Both the position numbers and the translations under genes were made by a program. Positions 51,187 through 61,810 of a stretch of DNA of 64,000 nucleotides are shown here, one piece after another. The notes under the pieces are model-generated. The model saw nothing but the letters and a program-made list of their open reading frames with translations, did no database searches and was not told where the DNA came from. The stretch is from assembly GCA_963596015.1 (NCBI GenBank), contig CAVBJS010000007.1:7073-71072 (forward strand), in the 5' to 3' direction. Origin of the DNA: Bacteroidaceae bacterium (GTDB taxonomy: Bacteria; Bacillota; Clostridia; Lachnospirales; Lachnospiraceae). Each line of letters opens with the position of its first letter. Positions within the stretch are counted from its first letter, which is position 1.

Positions 51187-53574
51187 TTATTTCTGAACAG
51201 GTACTGTCAGAGAAGTACTATATTTACCGTCAGATGCCGTCAGCGTCAGAGGCTCCCCCTCTCCCATGCGGACGATGGCAAGGGCTTCGCCGTAGTAGGT
51301 GTCGGTCTCGGTTCCTAAATAACTGTATTTGTTAAAGGGGCAGGCACTGCCAAGTCCCACCAGTGTGCCGCCCTGCACCTGCACCTTGATAACGCCTCTC
51401 TCTAAAGGCTTGGTAATGCCGTTTTCGTCGGTATAGCGCAGGCGAATGTAACACAGATGTCCCGGTGCAGTAGTGGGCTGCTCTGCCTCTGCCCGCAGGC
51501 AGGTCGTGACGTCAGCACTTTGCAGTTTGCACCGGCCCCTTTCCTTACCGGCAGCGTCGTAGCTGACCGCTTCCAGAATGCCGCTTTCATAGGGAATGCT
51601 GAATTTGGCAAGGCAGTCGTTTTTCAATGCTTTGCTGCCTACTGTGCGGCCGTTCAGCAGCAGCTCTACCCGGACACCCCGGGCGTAGACTTCCACATTG
51701 GCCTTGCGTCCCTCACAGCCACGCCAACTCCAACTGGCCATAGCGTTGGTCATCTTCCAGGCACTGGGACTGTGTCGCTCACCGGTATGGTTCACCGGGC
51801 ACACGGCAATATAAGGCCCCTGTTCCGCTTCCAGTGCTACCCGGGTGTAAAGGGCTTCTCCTAAGGGTTTCCCCGTCAGATCGATGCGGCCGGAACCCGC
51901 TGTGATCCACCCCACGCCGGCATCAAACTTCTCGGCATAGTCCTTATACTCCCATGAGCCGATCATGACCTCCCCTAAGTAGTCCATGCCTGCCCAGACG
52001 AAATCTCCCACCAGACGAGGCTCCTTCTTAGCCAGCTCCCTGAATTTATAAGCATCGTTGCAAAAAGTCTCGCTCCCCAGGATCAATCGTCCGGGATACT
52101 TTTTCAGGTCGTGTTTATAGCGATAGATGCCGTAGTTATAGCCTGCAATGTCCATATTGGCAAAGGCCCCCCGGGTCTTGACATCGCAGCCGTGCAACGT
52201 GGCCCCCCGCTTCATAAACTCATCCCCCAGAAGCCCTGCCAGGTTATTAAAGAACTGGCTGCCTACCGCCTTTTTCTTCGCTGCTTTTTGTCCTTTTTGC
52301 TTTGCCCTCTCGGCCCGCTTTGCCTCTTTTCTGGCCTTTTCATCGCTGTATACACCGAAGCCGATGGAACTTAAGAAGTTGAAAAAGATGTTTACGCCGC
52401 AGGTCACCGGCCGGGAAGCATCCAGACTGTGAAGGAAATCGGTCATCTCCTTTGTAAGGGCGATGCCCCGCTTCTGGGCCGTCTCGCTGACTTCGTTTCC
52501 GGTAGAGTAAAGTACCACACAAGGGTGGTTGTAATCTTTTTCCACCATGTCCGTCAGATCCTGCCGCCACCACTTATCAAAATAATTTACGTAGTCATAT
52601 TCTGTCTTGTGAATGTACCAGTGATCGATATACTCGTCCATCACCAACATTCCCTGCCGGTCGCAGGCATCCAGTAACGCCTTGGAGCAGGGATTGTGGG
52701 CCGAGCGGATGGCGTTGTAGCCGTTTTCCTTCAGCAAACGCACCCTGCGATCCACCGCATCCGGATCGCAGACGGCGCCCAGCAGACCATTGTCGTGGTG
52801 GATGCAGGCACCCTGCATGATATAACGCGAGCCGTTGAGCAGAAAACCATCTTTGCCCCACTCCACCATGCGTACACCGAAGGTCTCGGTCACTTCATCG
52901 TCGCCAAAGCGAACCAGGCAGGAATACAGATTCGGCGTCTCAGGGGTCCATAGCTTAGCATCCTCCATAGACAAGGTGAACACCGCCTCGCCGTCACTTT
53001 CCTGCTGCATGGCAGCCAGACCATCCACGGTCAGTTGTACCATGCCGGGGGCCGTAGTTTTTACCCGCACCTCCACCACTGCCGGATGCAGTGATAATGT
53101 GCGGATCTTCACGCCATTTAACCGGATATACGCCCCCCTTGCTGTCCAAAGCTGCACCGGACGGTAGATGCCTGCGCCGGAATACCACCGGCTGTTGGGC
53201 TGATCGGCGTTGCGGGCGATCACCCGCAGTTCATTTTCCCCTGCGTGCAGATAAGGAGCGCAGTCCACATAAAAATTAGTATAGCCATAGGGACGAAATG
53301 CCGCCTTTTGGCCATTGATCCAGACCTCGGCGTTATGATAAACGCCCTCAAATTCCAGAATATGGGTATCCTCCAACTCACTTTCGGGAATAATCAGGAT
53401 GCGTTGGTATTCATAGTCGTGGCCCTCAAACCAACCGGTATTGGTGCCCCCTGCACTTAAAGCCGTGCGGGGCTCCGCCAGCATGGCATCGTGGGGCAAA
53501 GTCACCGGTTTGCCGGTGGCGGTATCGCCTAAGTGACGACAGGTCCAACCGGTGAGAAGTGGGGTTTTGTTCAT
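51187..53574 (-). CDS. Glycoside hydrolase family 2 (beta-galactosidase-like)
   Basis: LEFEGVY, SRWYSGAGIYR, NAIRSAHNP, YSTGNE, GSET. Confidence 0.9.
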   Translation of the reverse strand: MNKTPLLTGWTCRHLGDTATGKPVTLPHDAMLAEPRTALSAGGTNTGWFEGHDYEYQRILIIPESELEDTHILEFEGVYHNAEVWINGQKAAFRPYGYTNFYVDCAPYLHAGENELRVIARNADQPNSRWYSGAGIYRPVQLWTARGAYIRLNGVKIRTLSLHPAVVEVRVKTTAPGMVQLTVDGLAAMQQESDGEAVFTLSMEDAKLWTPETPNLYSCLVRFGDDEVTETFGVRMVEWGKDGFLLNGSRYIMQGACIHHDNGLLGAVCDPDAVDRRVRLLKENGYNAIRSAHNPCSKALLDACDRQGMLVMDEYIDHWYIHKTEYDYVNYFDKWWRQDLTDMVEKDYNHPCVVLYSTGNEVSETAQKRGIALTKEMTDFLHSLDASRPVTCGVNIFFNFLSSIGFGVYSDEKARKEAKRAERAKQKGQKAAKKKAVGSQFFNNLAGLLGDEFMKRGATLHGCDVKTRGAFANMDIAGYNYGIYRYKHDLKKYPGRLILGSETFCNDAYKFRELAKKEPRLVGDFVWAGMDYLGEVMIGSWEYKDYAEKFDAGVGWITAGSGRIDLTGKPLGEALYTRVALEAEQGPYIAVCPVNHTGERHSPSAWKMTNAMASWSWRGCEGRKANVEVYARGVRVELLLNGRTVGSKALKNDCLAKFSIPYESGILEAVSYDAAGKERGRCKLQSADVTTCLRAEAEQPTTAPGHLCYIRLRYTDENGITKPLERGVIKVQVQGGTLVGLGSACPFNKYSYLGTETDTYYGEALAIVRMGEGEPLTLTASDGKYSTSLTVPVQK

Positions 53575-53748
53575 GCTTGTATCATTCCTTTCGCTTCATG
53601 CAGACACAAACAAGGTTTTTAAATTCGGTCTGCATCGCTTTTTTACACTACTCTTTTTCTGAGATTTTTCATTGTTTATTTAAAAGCAACTAAAATTATC
53701 CATGGCAAAACCGCAGGCGACTTTCATCGCCGCCTGCGGCTCATATAC

Positions 53749-54171
53749 TTAAGCTACATTCTGCTGCTTACAGAAAGCTGCGATCACACTGGTTAAAATT
53801 GCTGCTGCCAAAAGCACGATCGTTACAAAGAATGCAGTATGCATCTGTGCCAGGCTTGCATTATGGGCAGCCAGTCCGCCCAGCCATTCCAAACGCCCGA
53901 TCAGCATCTGCTCCAACGCTAATGCACTCAGCACCGTGGTCAGTAAGGATGAACAGTTATACAGCTTTGCGCCTTTCGTTGTGTGATTTATTGCGATCAA
54001 TACCCCCTGCATAAGCGCTGCCGCAGCCACCAGAAAGTATACAACCACAGGGGAATTTACGCCGTCTTTTGACAGAACATAGTAGGAAATTGCCGAGGCT
54101 ATACACAGCACCAAAGAAGCCAGTGCCCAATACATACCGGCCGCGGGCCGTGTTTTGATGGATTCGCTCAT
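53749..54171 (-). CDS. Small four-TM hypothetical membrane protein
   Basis: Hydrophobic ORF coupled to the GH3 stop, with GGAGG RBS. Confidence 0.75.
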   Translation of the reverse strand: MSESIKTRPAAGMYWALASLVLCIASAISYYVLSKDGVNSPVVVYFLVAAAALMQGVLIAINHTTKGAKLYNCSSLLTTVLSALALEQMLIGRLEWLGGLAAHNASLAQMHTAFFVTIVLLAAAILTSVIAAFCKQQNVA

Positions 54172-54173
54172 TG

Positions 54174-57100
54174 CTACTGTTCCTCCTTCTTACGTTTCAT
54201 CATTGTGATGATAAACATCAGCAGGCAGATAACCATACCGATGCTGAACACTACAGTAGAAGCCTGGATCAACATCTTCCACCACGGGGTAACATGGACA
54301 ATCTGTGTACCGGAAGAAACACCATTCATGGCATTACTGTTGACATAGGTATACAGGATACGGTGCGTTGCCTCACGGGCAGCTGTCTTTAGCTTCAAAT
54401 CACTGTTCAGAGCATCTGCATTGATCGCGCTAAAGTCGCTGATCATATTATCAAAAGCATCTGTTCCGGCAGTAAGAGACGCATATGGATACATCAGATT
54501 ATTAAAAGCAAAGTCCGTGATGGTGTATCCATCAAATCCCCATTCATCCCGCAGTACCGTCGTCAGCAGAGATTCACAATATGCGGCCTGCTGTACACCG
54601 ATACGACTGAAAGATGTCATTGTACCATGAGCATTGCCTTCGTCCGGAACAAAAGCGCCCTCGAAGGCACGCAGTTGCAATTCCCGCAATCCCTGCTCAT
54701 TATAGAAAGTTGCAACACCGTTACGATTGGTTTCCTGATCATTGCCTGCAAAATGCTTGATACCGGTGACAGCGCCTTTTTCCTGAGTGCTGCGGGTAAT
54801 CTCTGCTGCCATCAGGTTAGACAGCATGGAATCCTCAGAGAAATACTCATAGTTACGGCCGGAGTACGGGGTTCGATGCAGGTTTGCGCCGGGTGCCCAG
54901 TTTTCCGTATATCCACTCCAGAGAGAGTCCTCGCCGTTCACATTGCCGCGTTCATTAGCAAGCTCTAAATTAAAGGATGCAGCCAGCGTCGGCTCTGTGT
55001 TTAAAGAGGCAAAATTATAAGTTTTCACCTCTTCGGAGGCAGAAGCATCAATGTAATAGGGCTTGCTGCTATCTGTATTGAAGGTTGCATCATAACCTAT
55101 AGGGCCATCCTTATCCAGGGTTCCCTGATAACTGACAGACATCACCGAATTTGTATGCTCACAGGCATCTGTCACCAGACTTGCCATCTCTTCCAGTGTG
55201 ATCTGGTTCAGTAAATCCTCCCACAGCGGATCTTCATACGCAGCACCGCGCAGCTGGATCAGTGAATACTGCGTGTCAGTGGATCCGGCGGTAACAGAAG
55301 ATGTATCACTCTCTCCCGCTTCGTATTGTTCCTCTTTCAGCCATGACAACATCTCTGTCGTAGCTTCCAGGCTGCTGTATGCCTCAGACCAGGTAGCTGC
55401 CCAGTCGCTGCGACTCAGATAGGTAATGGTATCCGGTGCATAAGTATTATAGTCTGCATCATCAAATGCGTTGGTAATGGGAGTTGTATTGTCATAGCCA
55501 ACAGCAAAAGTCGTGGTATCAAGGGTATCGTTGTTCCAGATAAAGGTCAGATCCCCATTGCCGTCCTGTGTCATACCGTCAGCCACGCTCTTACCCTTTG
55601 CAGCCAGAATATTGTTCAGAGCCTCATGGGCACCATTGCCGATGGAAAAGTAATAGTCGCCTGCATCCAGAATATACGTCTTTGCGCCCGTCCGATCATA
55701 GCTGGCAAGATACTTCATGTCCATGGTAACTTCCAGTGTCTGGGAAGCACCGGGCTCCAACGTATCCGTCTTACCAAAGCCCAACAGCTGCACGGCGGAT
55801 TTTTCCACACCGTTTTGCTTATCATAGTCGGTATAAGGGGACTGTGCGTAGACTTGTACTACGTCCTTGCCGGCCACATCGCCGATATTGGTGACAGTTG
55901 CCTTCACTGTGATAGTCTGCGCATTTTTATCTACGTTCACACTATCCAGTGTCTGGCTGAATGTGGTATAGGACAATCCATAGCCAAAGCTATAGCTTAC
56001 CTCCGAGGCATAATTCCAACCACCGTTGCTGACAAAACTGCCGATTTCAGAATCTGCATTGCCCTGGCCCAGCACAAAATCTTCATAGCGGGTCTCATAA
56101 TAACGATAGCCCAGGTAGATGTTCTCAGCCTGCACCAGGTAATGACTGCCAAAATTTTCCAGGCCTTCGCTCTCTGCATTGGCAAATGTAAAATCGCCGC
56201 TATTCTGGGCTGCCGGAGAAGAAATAGAATCGACTGCGTAGGTGTCAGGCAGATGCCCTGAGGGTGTCACGGTACCGTCCAGTACATCAACCAGTCCATA
56301 TGCACCGTGAGTGCCCAACTCGCCTACCCACAGGATAGCATCAATCTCAGGATCCCGTTTTAAACTGTCAATTTCAACAGCTGCTGAAGAATTGACAACA
56401 ACGATCACCTTATCAAAGTTTGCCTTAGCTTCGTCGATAAGCGCCTGCTCATTGGCAGAAATTGCCAGCGAACCGGCGGGCAGATCCGCACCCTCTCCCT
56501 CGTAACGGCAAAGTACCACGATGGCAGCATCGCCATAGGATGCATAACTGTCCTTCCACCCCGCAAATGCTGCTGCGGCATCTGCCTCAGTCACACCGGC
56601 GCTACGGGTAGCAACCTCGTTAGCCTCGTTGTCCCAGGGTCCGCTGGTGATTTCATTGCCGCTAAAATCGGTGCCTGTAACGACACAGCTGGAAGGGATA
56701 CCTGTTTTAACATACCAGTCATGTACCGTGGGATTCACCGTAAAACCAGCTTCACTGAGCACATTGGTAAAGGGAACGATCTGATTCTGATTTTTGATAA
56801 CACCGCCGCCGGATGCGCCTGCATAAACGGGGCTGACGCCGCCAATACCAAACATGGTGATATTGGCAGGTGCAGCTAAGGGCAACACATCATTTTCATT
56901 TTTCAGAAGGACCGTTCCCTCCGAGACCATGGTGCGATTGAAATTATTCCGGTAGTTGATCAGCTCCTCTGCACTGGAAAAATCGGATGTGTAATAGGTT
57001 GTGTCCTGATTTTCACCGGTTTCCACCAGTTTGGTAGAACTGGTGCCAAGCATTGAATTGATGCGGGTCTCCAGCGTGCCGGCCACATTGCCGATGCCGA

Positions 57101-57176
57101 TCGAAACAACCAGCAAAGCACAGCAACTGGCTGCCATGCCATGCCATACCCTGCCGGAATTATGGATTGTTTTCAT
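54174..57176 (-). CDS. GH3 beta-glycosidase, permuted domain order, membrane-anchored
   Basis: GH3 C domain first (EGTVLLKNE, PSGHLPDT), Fn3-like (GKDVVQVY), then catalytic barrel (GRNYEYFSED, KHFAGN, ITDF); N- and C-terminal hydrophobic helices. Confidence 0.9.
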   Translation of the reverse strand: MKTIHNSGRVWHGMAASCCALLVVSIGIGNVAGTLETRINSMLGTSSTKLVETGENQDTTYYTSDFSSAEELINYRNNFNRTMVSEGTVLLKNENDVLPLAAPANITMFGIGGVSPVYAGASGGGVIKNQNQIVPFTNVLSEAGFTVNPTVHDWYVKTGIPSSCVVTGTDFSGNEITSGPWDNEANEVATRSAGVTEADAAAAFAGWKDSYASYGDAAIVVLCRYEGEGADLPAGSLAISANEQALIDEAKANFDKVIVVVNSSAAVEIDSLKRDPEIDAILWVGELGTHGAYGLVDVLDGTVTPSGHLPDTYAVDSISSPAAQNSGDFTFANAESEGLENFGSHYLVQAENIYLGYRYYETRYEDFVLGQGNADSEIGSFVSNGGWNYASEVSYSFGYGLSYTTFSQTLDSVNVDKNAQTITVKATVTNIGDVAGKDVVQVYAQSPYTDYDKQNGVEKSAVQLLGFGKTDTLEPGASQTLEVTMDMKYLASYDRTGAKTYILDAGDYYFSIGNGAHEALNNILAAKGKSVADGMTQDGNGDLTFIWNNDTLDTTTFAVGYDNTTPITNAFDDADYNTYAPDTITYLSRSDWAATWSEAYSSLEATTEMLSWLKEEQYEAGESDTSSVTAGSTDTQYSLIQLRGAAYEDPLWEDLLNQITLEEMASLVTDACEHTNSVMSVSYQGTLDKDGPIGYDATFNTDSSKPYYIDASASEEVKTYNFASLNTEPTLAASFNLELANERGNVNGEDSLWSGYTENWAPGANLHRTPYSGRNYEYFSEDSMLSNLMAAEITRSTQEKGAVTGIKHFAGNDQETNRNGVATFYNEQGLRELQLRAFEGAFVPDEGNAHGTMTSFSRIGVQQAAYCESLLTTVLRDEWGFDGYTITDFAFNNLMYPYASLTAGTDAFDNMISDFSAINADALNSDLKLKTAAREATHRILYTYVNSNAMNGVSSGTQIVHVTPWWKMLIQASTVVFSIGMVICLLMFIITMMKRKKEEQ

Positions 57177-57261
57177 ACTTACCTCCTTGTGCCACATTGA
57201 TGACGTTCACCGCATCAATGCTGTTTGAAAGAAATACCATAGAGAATTTCTTTCAAACTTT
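57177..57261 (-). repeat. Four-hairpin element, internally deleted copy F (H1+H2 joined to H4 tail)
   Basis: Minus strand GTTTGAAAGAAAT..ATTTCTTTCAAAC AGCATTGATG..CATCAATG TGGCACAAGGAGGTAAGT-ATG. Confidence 0.9.
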
Positions 57262-57527
57262 TCCCTCATTTATGGCGGAAATCCCAGCAGCAACTGCAGA
57301 ACTGCGTATTTCCGTTCTTGTTGTCCGTACTGTAACACATAGCATGACGAAAATGTGCATTTCGTTCGTAAACGGTCGCTTATTGCGCGCAAGCAGCACA
57401 CAACATTGACAATATTCACAACATTAGATAATATATTTTGTGCATTTTACCGATAGTAGCGATTGAAACCTACTTGTTTTACTCTTATTATTCAGTCTGC
57501 CGGCGCAGGAGAAATACGCCAACATAT

Positions 57528-57564
57528 AAAAAGACAGTCCACTACGTCAATGGACTGTCTTTTC
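57528..57564 (-). terminator. Intrinsic terminator after the GHKL sensor
   Basis: AAAAAGACAGTCCA..TGGACTGTCTTTTT. Confidence 0.85.
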
Positions 57565-57573
57565 TTTATTTCT

Positions 57574-58884
57574 TCATTTCTTTATGGGGAACAGCACTTT
57601 CAGCGTAAAGGTATTTCCCCGGGTGCTGATCTCGGCGGTGCCGCCGTATTTTTCTGCCGTATCATAAATGCTCTTTAAACCATAGCCATGACTACGGGTG
57701 TCGGCCTTGGTGGTCTTTGGCAGCGTGCCGTCTGTCCGGAAGCTGCCGTCATAGGTGTTTTCGATCCGGATCCACAAAAAGCCTTTTTGCCGGGTCACCA
57801 CCAGATGGATGAGCCGCTGCTCGTCGCGGGGCAGCTTCTCTACACTCTCTATGGCATTATCCAGTGCATTGCCAAAAAGGGAACACAGATCCATGGTGTC
57901 CATAAATGCCAGTGCCTCGCCTTCCGCCACACAAGTCAGTGTAATGCCGTGCTGCTGGCAGTACAGGCTTTTGCTGGTAAGGATTGTATCCAGCACCTCG
58001 TTGCCGGTCTTGTTCTGGGCCTCGTAGCTGCGGATCTCCTGCTCCATGGTGTCTAAGTAGTGGGCCTTTTCCTCCGATGTCTCACTGCGCAGCACCGCGA
58101 TCTGATGCTTTAGATCGTGATACTTTTTATTGATCAGATCGATGCTGTCCTGGGCCGAACGATATTGGGCATACTGAGCTTGTAATACATTTTGCAGGGC
58201 GTCCCGCTCCTTTTTGCGGCGGTACTCCACCAGCTGCATATGATGGGCAAACAAAATCGCCATGCCCCCTAAGTCCACCAGCGTGCGGATGTTATAGATC
58301 TCCGCCGTCAGTTTACCGGAAAAGGGGGTGTTGGGGCTGACATAGCTTAGATTGCTGGCAGCATAGACAGCTACCCCAATAAATAAGGTACTGAAAAACT
58401 CCTTTTTATGAACATGCAGAGGAGATTCTGTATCATTATAATTGCGCTCCAGTGCAAATACCGCTGCATAAACTGCCCCATAGACAAGCGCCAAAGTGCC
58501 CACTCGCACACCAGGCCCCAGAGTACTCAGCCGAGCTGCCGTAAAATAGTAGATCTGCCATTCCAAAGAAGCCGCCAGCTCTCCTAAAATAAATGCACGA
58601 ATGCAATAATAAGCCGTACATCTGGCGGATACACCGGTCTGCATCCGCATATACAGATACATGATCAGTGTGGAGATCCCAATGCAGGGAAGGAACCAAA
58701 GCTGTGGCACGTTTCCCGTCGTCTCCATGAAAATGCAAAGAAACAGCAAAAACACACCGTGAATGGCATACCGGCGCCATCCCGTGGTCCGTTTCGGTAA
58801 AAAATACAGGTACAAAAGACAAGCCAACCAGTCTGCCAACGCGGTATACAATCGAGGAATATTACCCAAAGTTTCCGTTTCCAT
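57574..58884 (-). CDS. Polytopic GHKL sensor kinase (AgrC/VirS-like)
   Basis: Multiple TM helices, YHDLKHQ, GNALDNAIE, HGYGLKSI. Confidence 0.9.
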   Translation of the reverse strand: METETLGNIPRLYTALADWLACLLYLYFLPKRTTGWRRYAIHGVFLLFLCIFMETTGNVPQLWFLPCIGISTLIMYLYMRMQTGVSARCTAYYCIRAFILGELAASLEWQIYYFTAARLSTLGPGVRVGTLALVYGAVYAAVFALERNYNDTESPLHVHKKEFFSTLFIGVAVYAASNLSYVSPNTPFSGKLTAEIYNIRTLVDLGGMAILFAHHMQLVEYRRKKERDALQNVLQAQYAQYRSAQDSIDLINKKYHDLKHQIAVLRSETSEEKAHYLDTMEQEIRSYEAQNKTGNEVLDTILTSKSLYCQQHGITLTCVAEGEALAFMDTMDLCSLFGNALDNAIESVEKLPRDEQRLIHLVVTRQKGFLWIRIENTYDGSFRTDGTLPKTTKADTRSHGYGLKSIYDTAEKYGGTAEISTRGNTFTLKVLFPIKK

Positions 58885-59591
58885 CAGATATTTTCCCCCA
58901 TGTAATGATTCAGTGCCGCCAAAAATGTTTTTCGCTTGGCGCGGCTGATCTGTACTCTGTCCCCATGGACGATGGCGTCCTCTTCCCGGATACCGTCCAC
59001 GTGCTCTAAGTTAACGAGGTAAGCCTTACTGCTGCGGAAGAAACTTTCCGGCGACAGCTTTTCCTCAATGCTGCGCATGGAACCGGTGGAATGGATCTCC
59101 CCCTGCCTGGTATGAAACAGCAGGTCGTGATTGCAGACCTCCACATAATAGATGTCGGAGGTCTCCAGCTTTTGCACCCCGCCCTGACAGGGCACCGTCA
59201 GATAGTGCTTTTGGTGATTGTCCAAAAGTTCCCGCACACGGTCCATCCGCTGACAGAAAGCATAGTAGCTCAGAGGTTTTAAGATATAATCCAGTGCCTG
59301 CACGGCATATCCCTTGATGGCATACTGGGGCGAGTTGGTGATAAAGATAATGAGTACCTCCGGATCGGCCCGGCGGATCTCTTCCGCCGCCGACATACCG
59401 TCCATAAAGGTCATCTCAATATCCATCAAGATCACGTCATAATCGCCCTTATACCCAAGCGCGATCTCATCTCCATCGGTAAAATGGGTGATCTGAAAAT
59501 GGCAGTTTTTCTCCTGTTGGTATTTTTCCAGATAGGAATCCAGTACCGCCCGATCCCGGGCACTGTCCTCCACTACTGCGATGTGGTTCAC
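58884..59591 (-). CDS. LytTR-family response regulator
   Basis: Receiver ILMDIEM..YILKP; LytTR FFR...YLVNL; GTG start after AGGAG. Confidence 0.92.
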   Translation of the reverse strand: MNHIAVVEDSARDRAVLDSYLEKYQQEKNCHFQITHFTDGDEIALGYKGDYDVILMDIEMTFMDGMSAAEEIRRADPEVLIIFITNSPQYAIKGYAVQALDYILKPLSYYAFCQRMDRVRELLDNHQKHYLTVPCQGGVQKLETSDIYYVEVCNHDLLFHTRQGEIHSTGSMRSIEEKLSPESFFRSSKAYLVNLEHVDGIREEDAIVHGDRVQISRAKRKTFLAALNHYMGENI

Positions 59592-59821
59592 GAGAGCTCT
59601 CCTTTTGCAGAACCGGCCAATACTTCCATGTGCCGATTCCTGTGTTTTTTGTATGGCTCTATTCTATCATCCGATTCTCACAACTGCCACATCATTTGAT
59701 AATAACGAAAACGCTTCGGGGAAAAGCAACACTTTTTTCAAACAAGGCACTTCCGCCGTCGACAGTGCACACCGATCATTTGGCAGCTGCAAGGCAACGC
59801 ACTGATTAAAAAAATTACAGT

Positions 59822-60307
59822 TCAGACACCGGACAGCCGGCATTTAGTCTCAGCGATGTCTACTGCCAGCGCACGGATGCCCAAACGGAGATCACGGCTG
59901 TGCAGCAACTGATCTTTACCATGGCTATGGATTTCTGTCGTCACGTGGCAGATGCCAGAGAAGGCGCTCTGCAGAGCAATGTAGTAAAGAAATGTATCGC
60001 CTACATCAGTACTCATCTCCACGAGGATCTGCGGTTAGATGATCTCTCCCGTCACTGCGAGATGTGCAGCCGCAGCTTATCCATCAAGTTCAAAGCGGAA
60101 GTCGGCTGCGGCATCCCGGAATATATTCACCGGGAAAAAATGCGGGAGGCCCGCTATCTGCTGACAAACCCCGATCATACACTGGCCAATATCACCAGTT
60201 TTTTAAATTATCCGACACAATGCTACTTTACGCAGATCTTCAAACGCTATGAGGGATGCACACCGCAGCAGTACAGGGATGGAAATCCCCACAAGGCAGT
60301 GCGATAA
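59822..60307 (+). pseudogene. 5'-truncated AraC-family regulator
   Basis: AraC HTH intact; frame extends upstream through AFSLSDVYCQ to a stop at 59807 with no convincing start or RBS; sensor domain missing. Confidence 0.75.
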
Positions 60308-60324
60308 AGGATGCACTTATAAAT

Positions 60325-60373
60325 AAAAGAATGCTAAGTCGCAGGTTTTCGTCCTGCGCTTAGCATTCTTTTT
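60325..60373. terminator. Bidirectional intrinsic terminator
   Basis: AAAAGAATGCTAAGtCGCAGG..CCTGCGCTTAGCATTCTTTT. Confidence 0.85.
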
Positions 60374-60377
60374 TATC

Positions 60378-60584
60378 TTAATCCCTTCTTAAATTCTGTT
60401 TAAATCTGTCTTGCTTCTGCCTTAATTCTATCTTGAATCCACCTTGATTCTATCTTGATTCTGTCTGGAATCCACCTTGATTCTATCTTGTTTCTGTCTG
60501 GAATCCACCTTGATTCTATCTTGTTTCTGTCTTGAATCCATCTTGATCCTGTCTTGGATCCATCTTGTTTCTGTCTTGATCCTG
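60378..60584. repeat. 11 bp-unit tandem array with 33 bp higher-order period
   Basis: GAATCCACCTTGATTCTATCTTGWTTCTGTCTK at 60435, 60468 and 60501, plus degenerate 11-mers on both sides. Confidence 0.9.
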
Positions 60585-60628
60585 AAAGTCAGATCAGGCT
60601 TCTATCCGTGGCTCTCATATCAATAAAA

Positions 60629-61810
60629 TTAATAATTCTCCTCATGTACTTCAAAATAGCTCTGGGGATGATTGCATACAGGACATACTTCCGGTGCCTT
60701 GGTACCTACCACGATATGGCCGCAGTTACGACATTCCCATACCTTCACTTCGCTCTTTTCAAACACCTGCGCGGTTTCAATATTCTTAAGCAGGGCACGA
60801 TATCTCTCTTCATGATGCTTCTCGATGGCACCTACTGCTCTGAACTTTGCAGCCAGCTCCGGGAAGCCTTCTTCCTCGGCGGTCTTGGCAAAGCCTTCAT
60901 ACATATCCGTCCACTCGTAATTCTCACCCTCTGCAGCGGCTGCTAAGTTTGCTTTGGTATCGCCGATGCCGGCCAGTTCCTTGAACCACATCTTGGCATG
61001 CTCTTTCTCATTGTCAGCGGTCTTTAAGAATAATGCGGACATCTGCTCATAGCCTTCCTTCTTGGCCACAGATGCAAAATAGGTATACTTATTTCTTGCC
61101 TGAGACTCTCCTGCAAATGCCTCCTGTAAATTCTTCTCTGTCTGTGTTCCTGCGTACTTGTTTGCTGCCATTTTTGTTTCCTCCGTTTTCTTTACTATTT
61201 TTTCAAAATCTGACGCCGGGTGCTTGCACAAAGGACATATGAAATCCTCCGGCAATTCTTCCCCTACATATTCATACCCGCAGATCCTGCACCGCCATAT
61301 GGTCTGTCCGTCCTGGGTTTTCCCAACTGCCTGAGGCTGGGGTTTAATATTACTCTGATAATATTCATAGGTGACTGAAGGAATATCGCTCAGGACCTCC
61401 ATATCCGTGATCTCACCGATGAACATGGTATGAGATCCTAAATCCTCTGTTTTATTTACGGTTACGGAAATATAAGCATTGGTGCCTTCCGTAATGTAAT
61501 AAATGCCATTGGTACCTCTTGCGCATTTTTCAAATGATGCAAACTTATCTGTCTCTTTGCCGGACTGAAAGCCGAAATGTTTGAACAGGTCAAAGGATGC
61601 TTTCCGGCTTAAGACAGAAACGGTAAATTTACCGGTCCTCTCGATCATATCATGGGTGTAATTTGCCTTGTTGACACAGATACTGAGCTGGTTTGGCTCG
61701 GAAGCCGCCTGAATGGCAGTATTGATGATACAGCCGTTGTCTTTTTCCGCTTCCCTGGCCGTCAGCACAAAAAGGCCGTAGCTCAGCTTATACATTGCTT
61801 TTTTATCCAT
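60629..61810 (-). CDS. Flavin reductase - rubredoxin - rubrerythrin fusion
   Basis: [16 protein letters not shown] (flavin reductase), CRICGY..CPLC (rubredoxin), [16 protein letters not shown] + CRNC..CPVC (rubrerythrin). Confidence 0.9.
   Translation of the reverse strand: MDKKAMYKLSYGLFVLTAREAEKDNGCIINTAIQAASEPNQLSICVNKANYTHDMIERTGKFTVSVLSRKASFDLFKHFGFQSGKETDKFASFEKCARGTNGIYYITEGTNAYISVTVNKTEDLGSHTMFIGEITDMEVLSDIPSVTYEYYQSNIKPQPQAVGKTQDGQTIWRCRICGYEYVGEELPEDFICPLCKHPASDFEKIVKKTEETKMAANKYAGTQTEKNLQEAFAGESQARNKYTYFASVAKKEGYEQMSALFLKTADNEKEHAKMWFKELAGIGDTKANLAAAAEGENYEWTDMYEGFAKTAEEEGFPELAAKFRAVGAIEKHHEERYRALLKNIETAQVFEKSEVKVWECRNCGHIVVGTKAPEVCPVCNHPQSYFEVHEENY

Noticed and set aside
57340..57380. 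LytTR direct-repeat site upstream of GH3
   Set aside because: Only weak similarity between the putative half-sites
60378..60584. CRISPR array
   Set aside because: Contiguous tandem units without unique spacers
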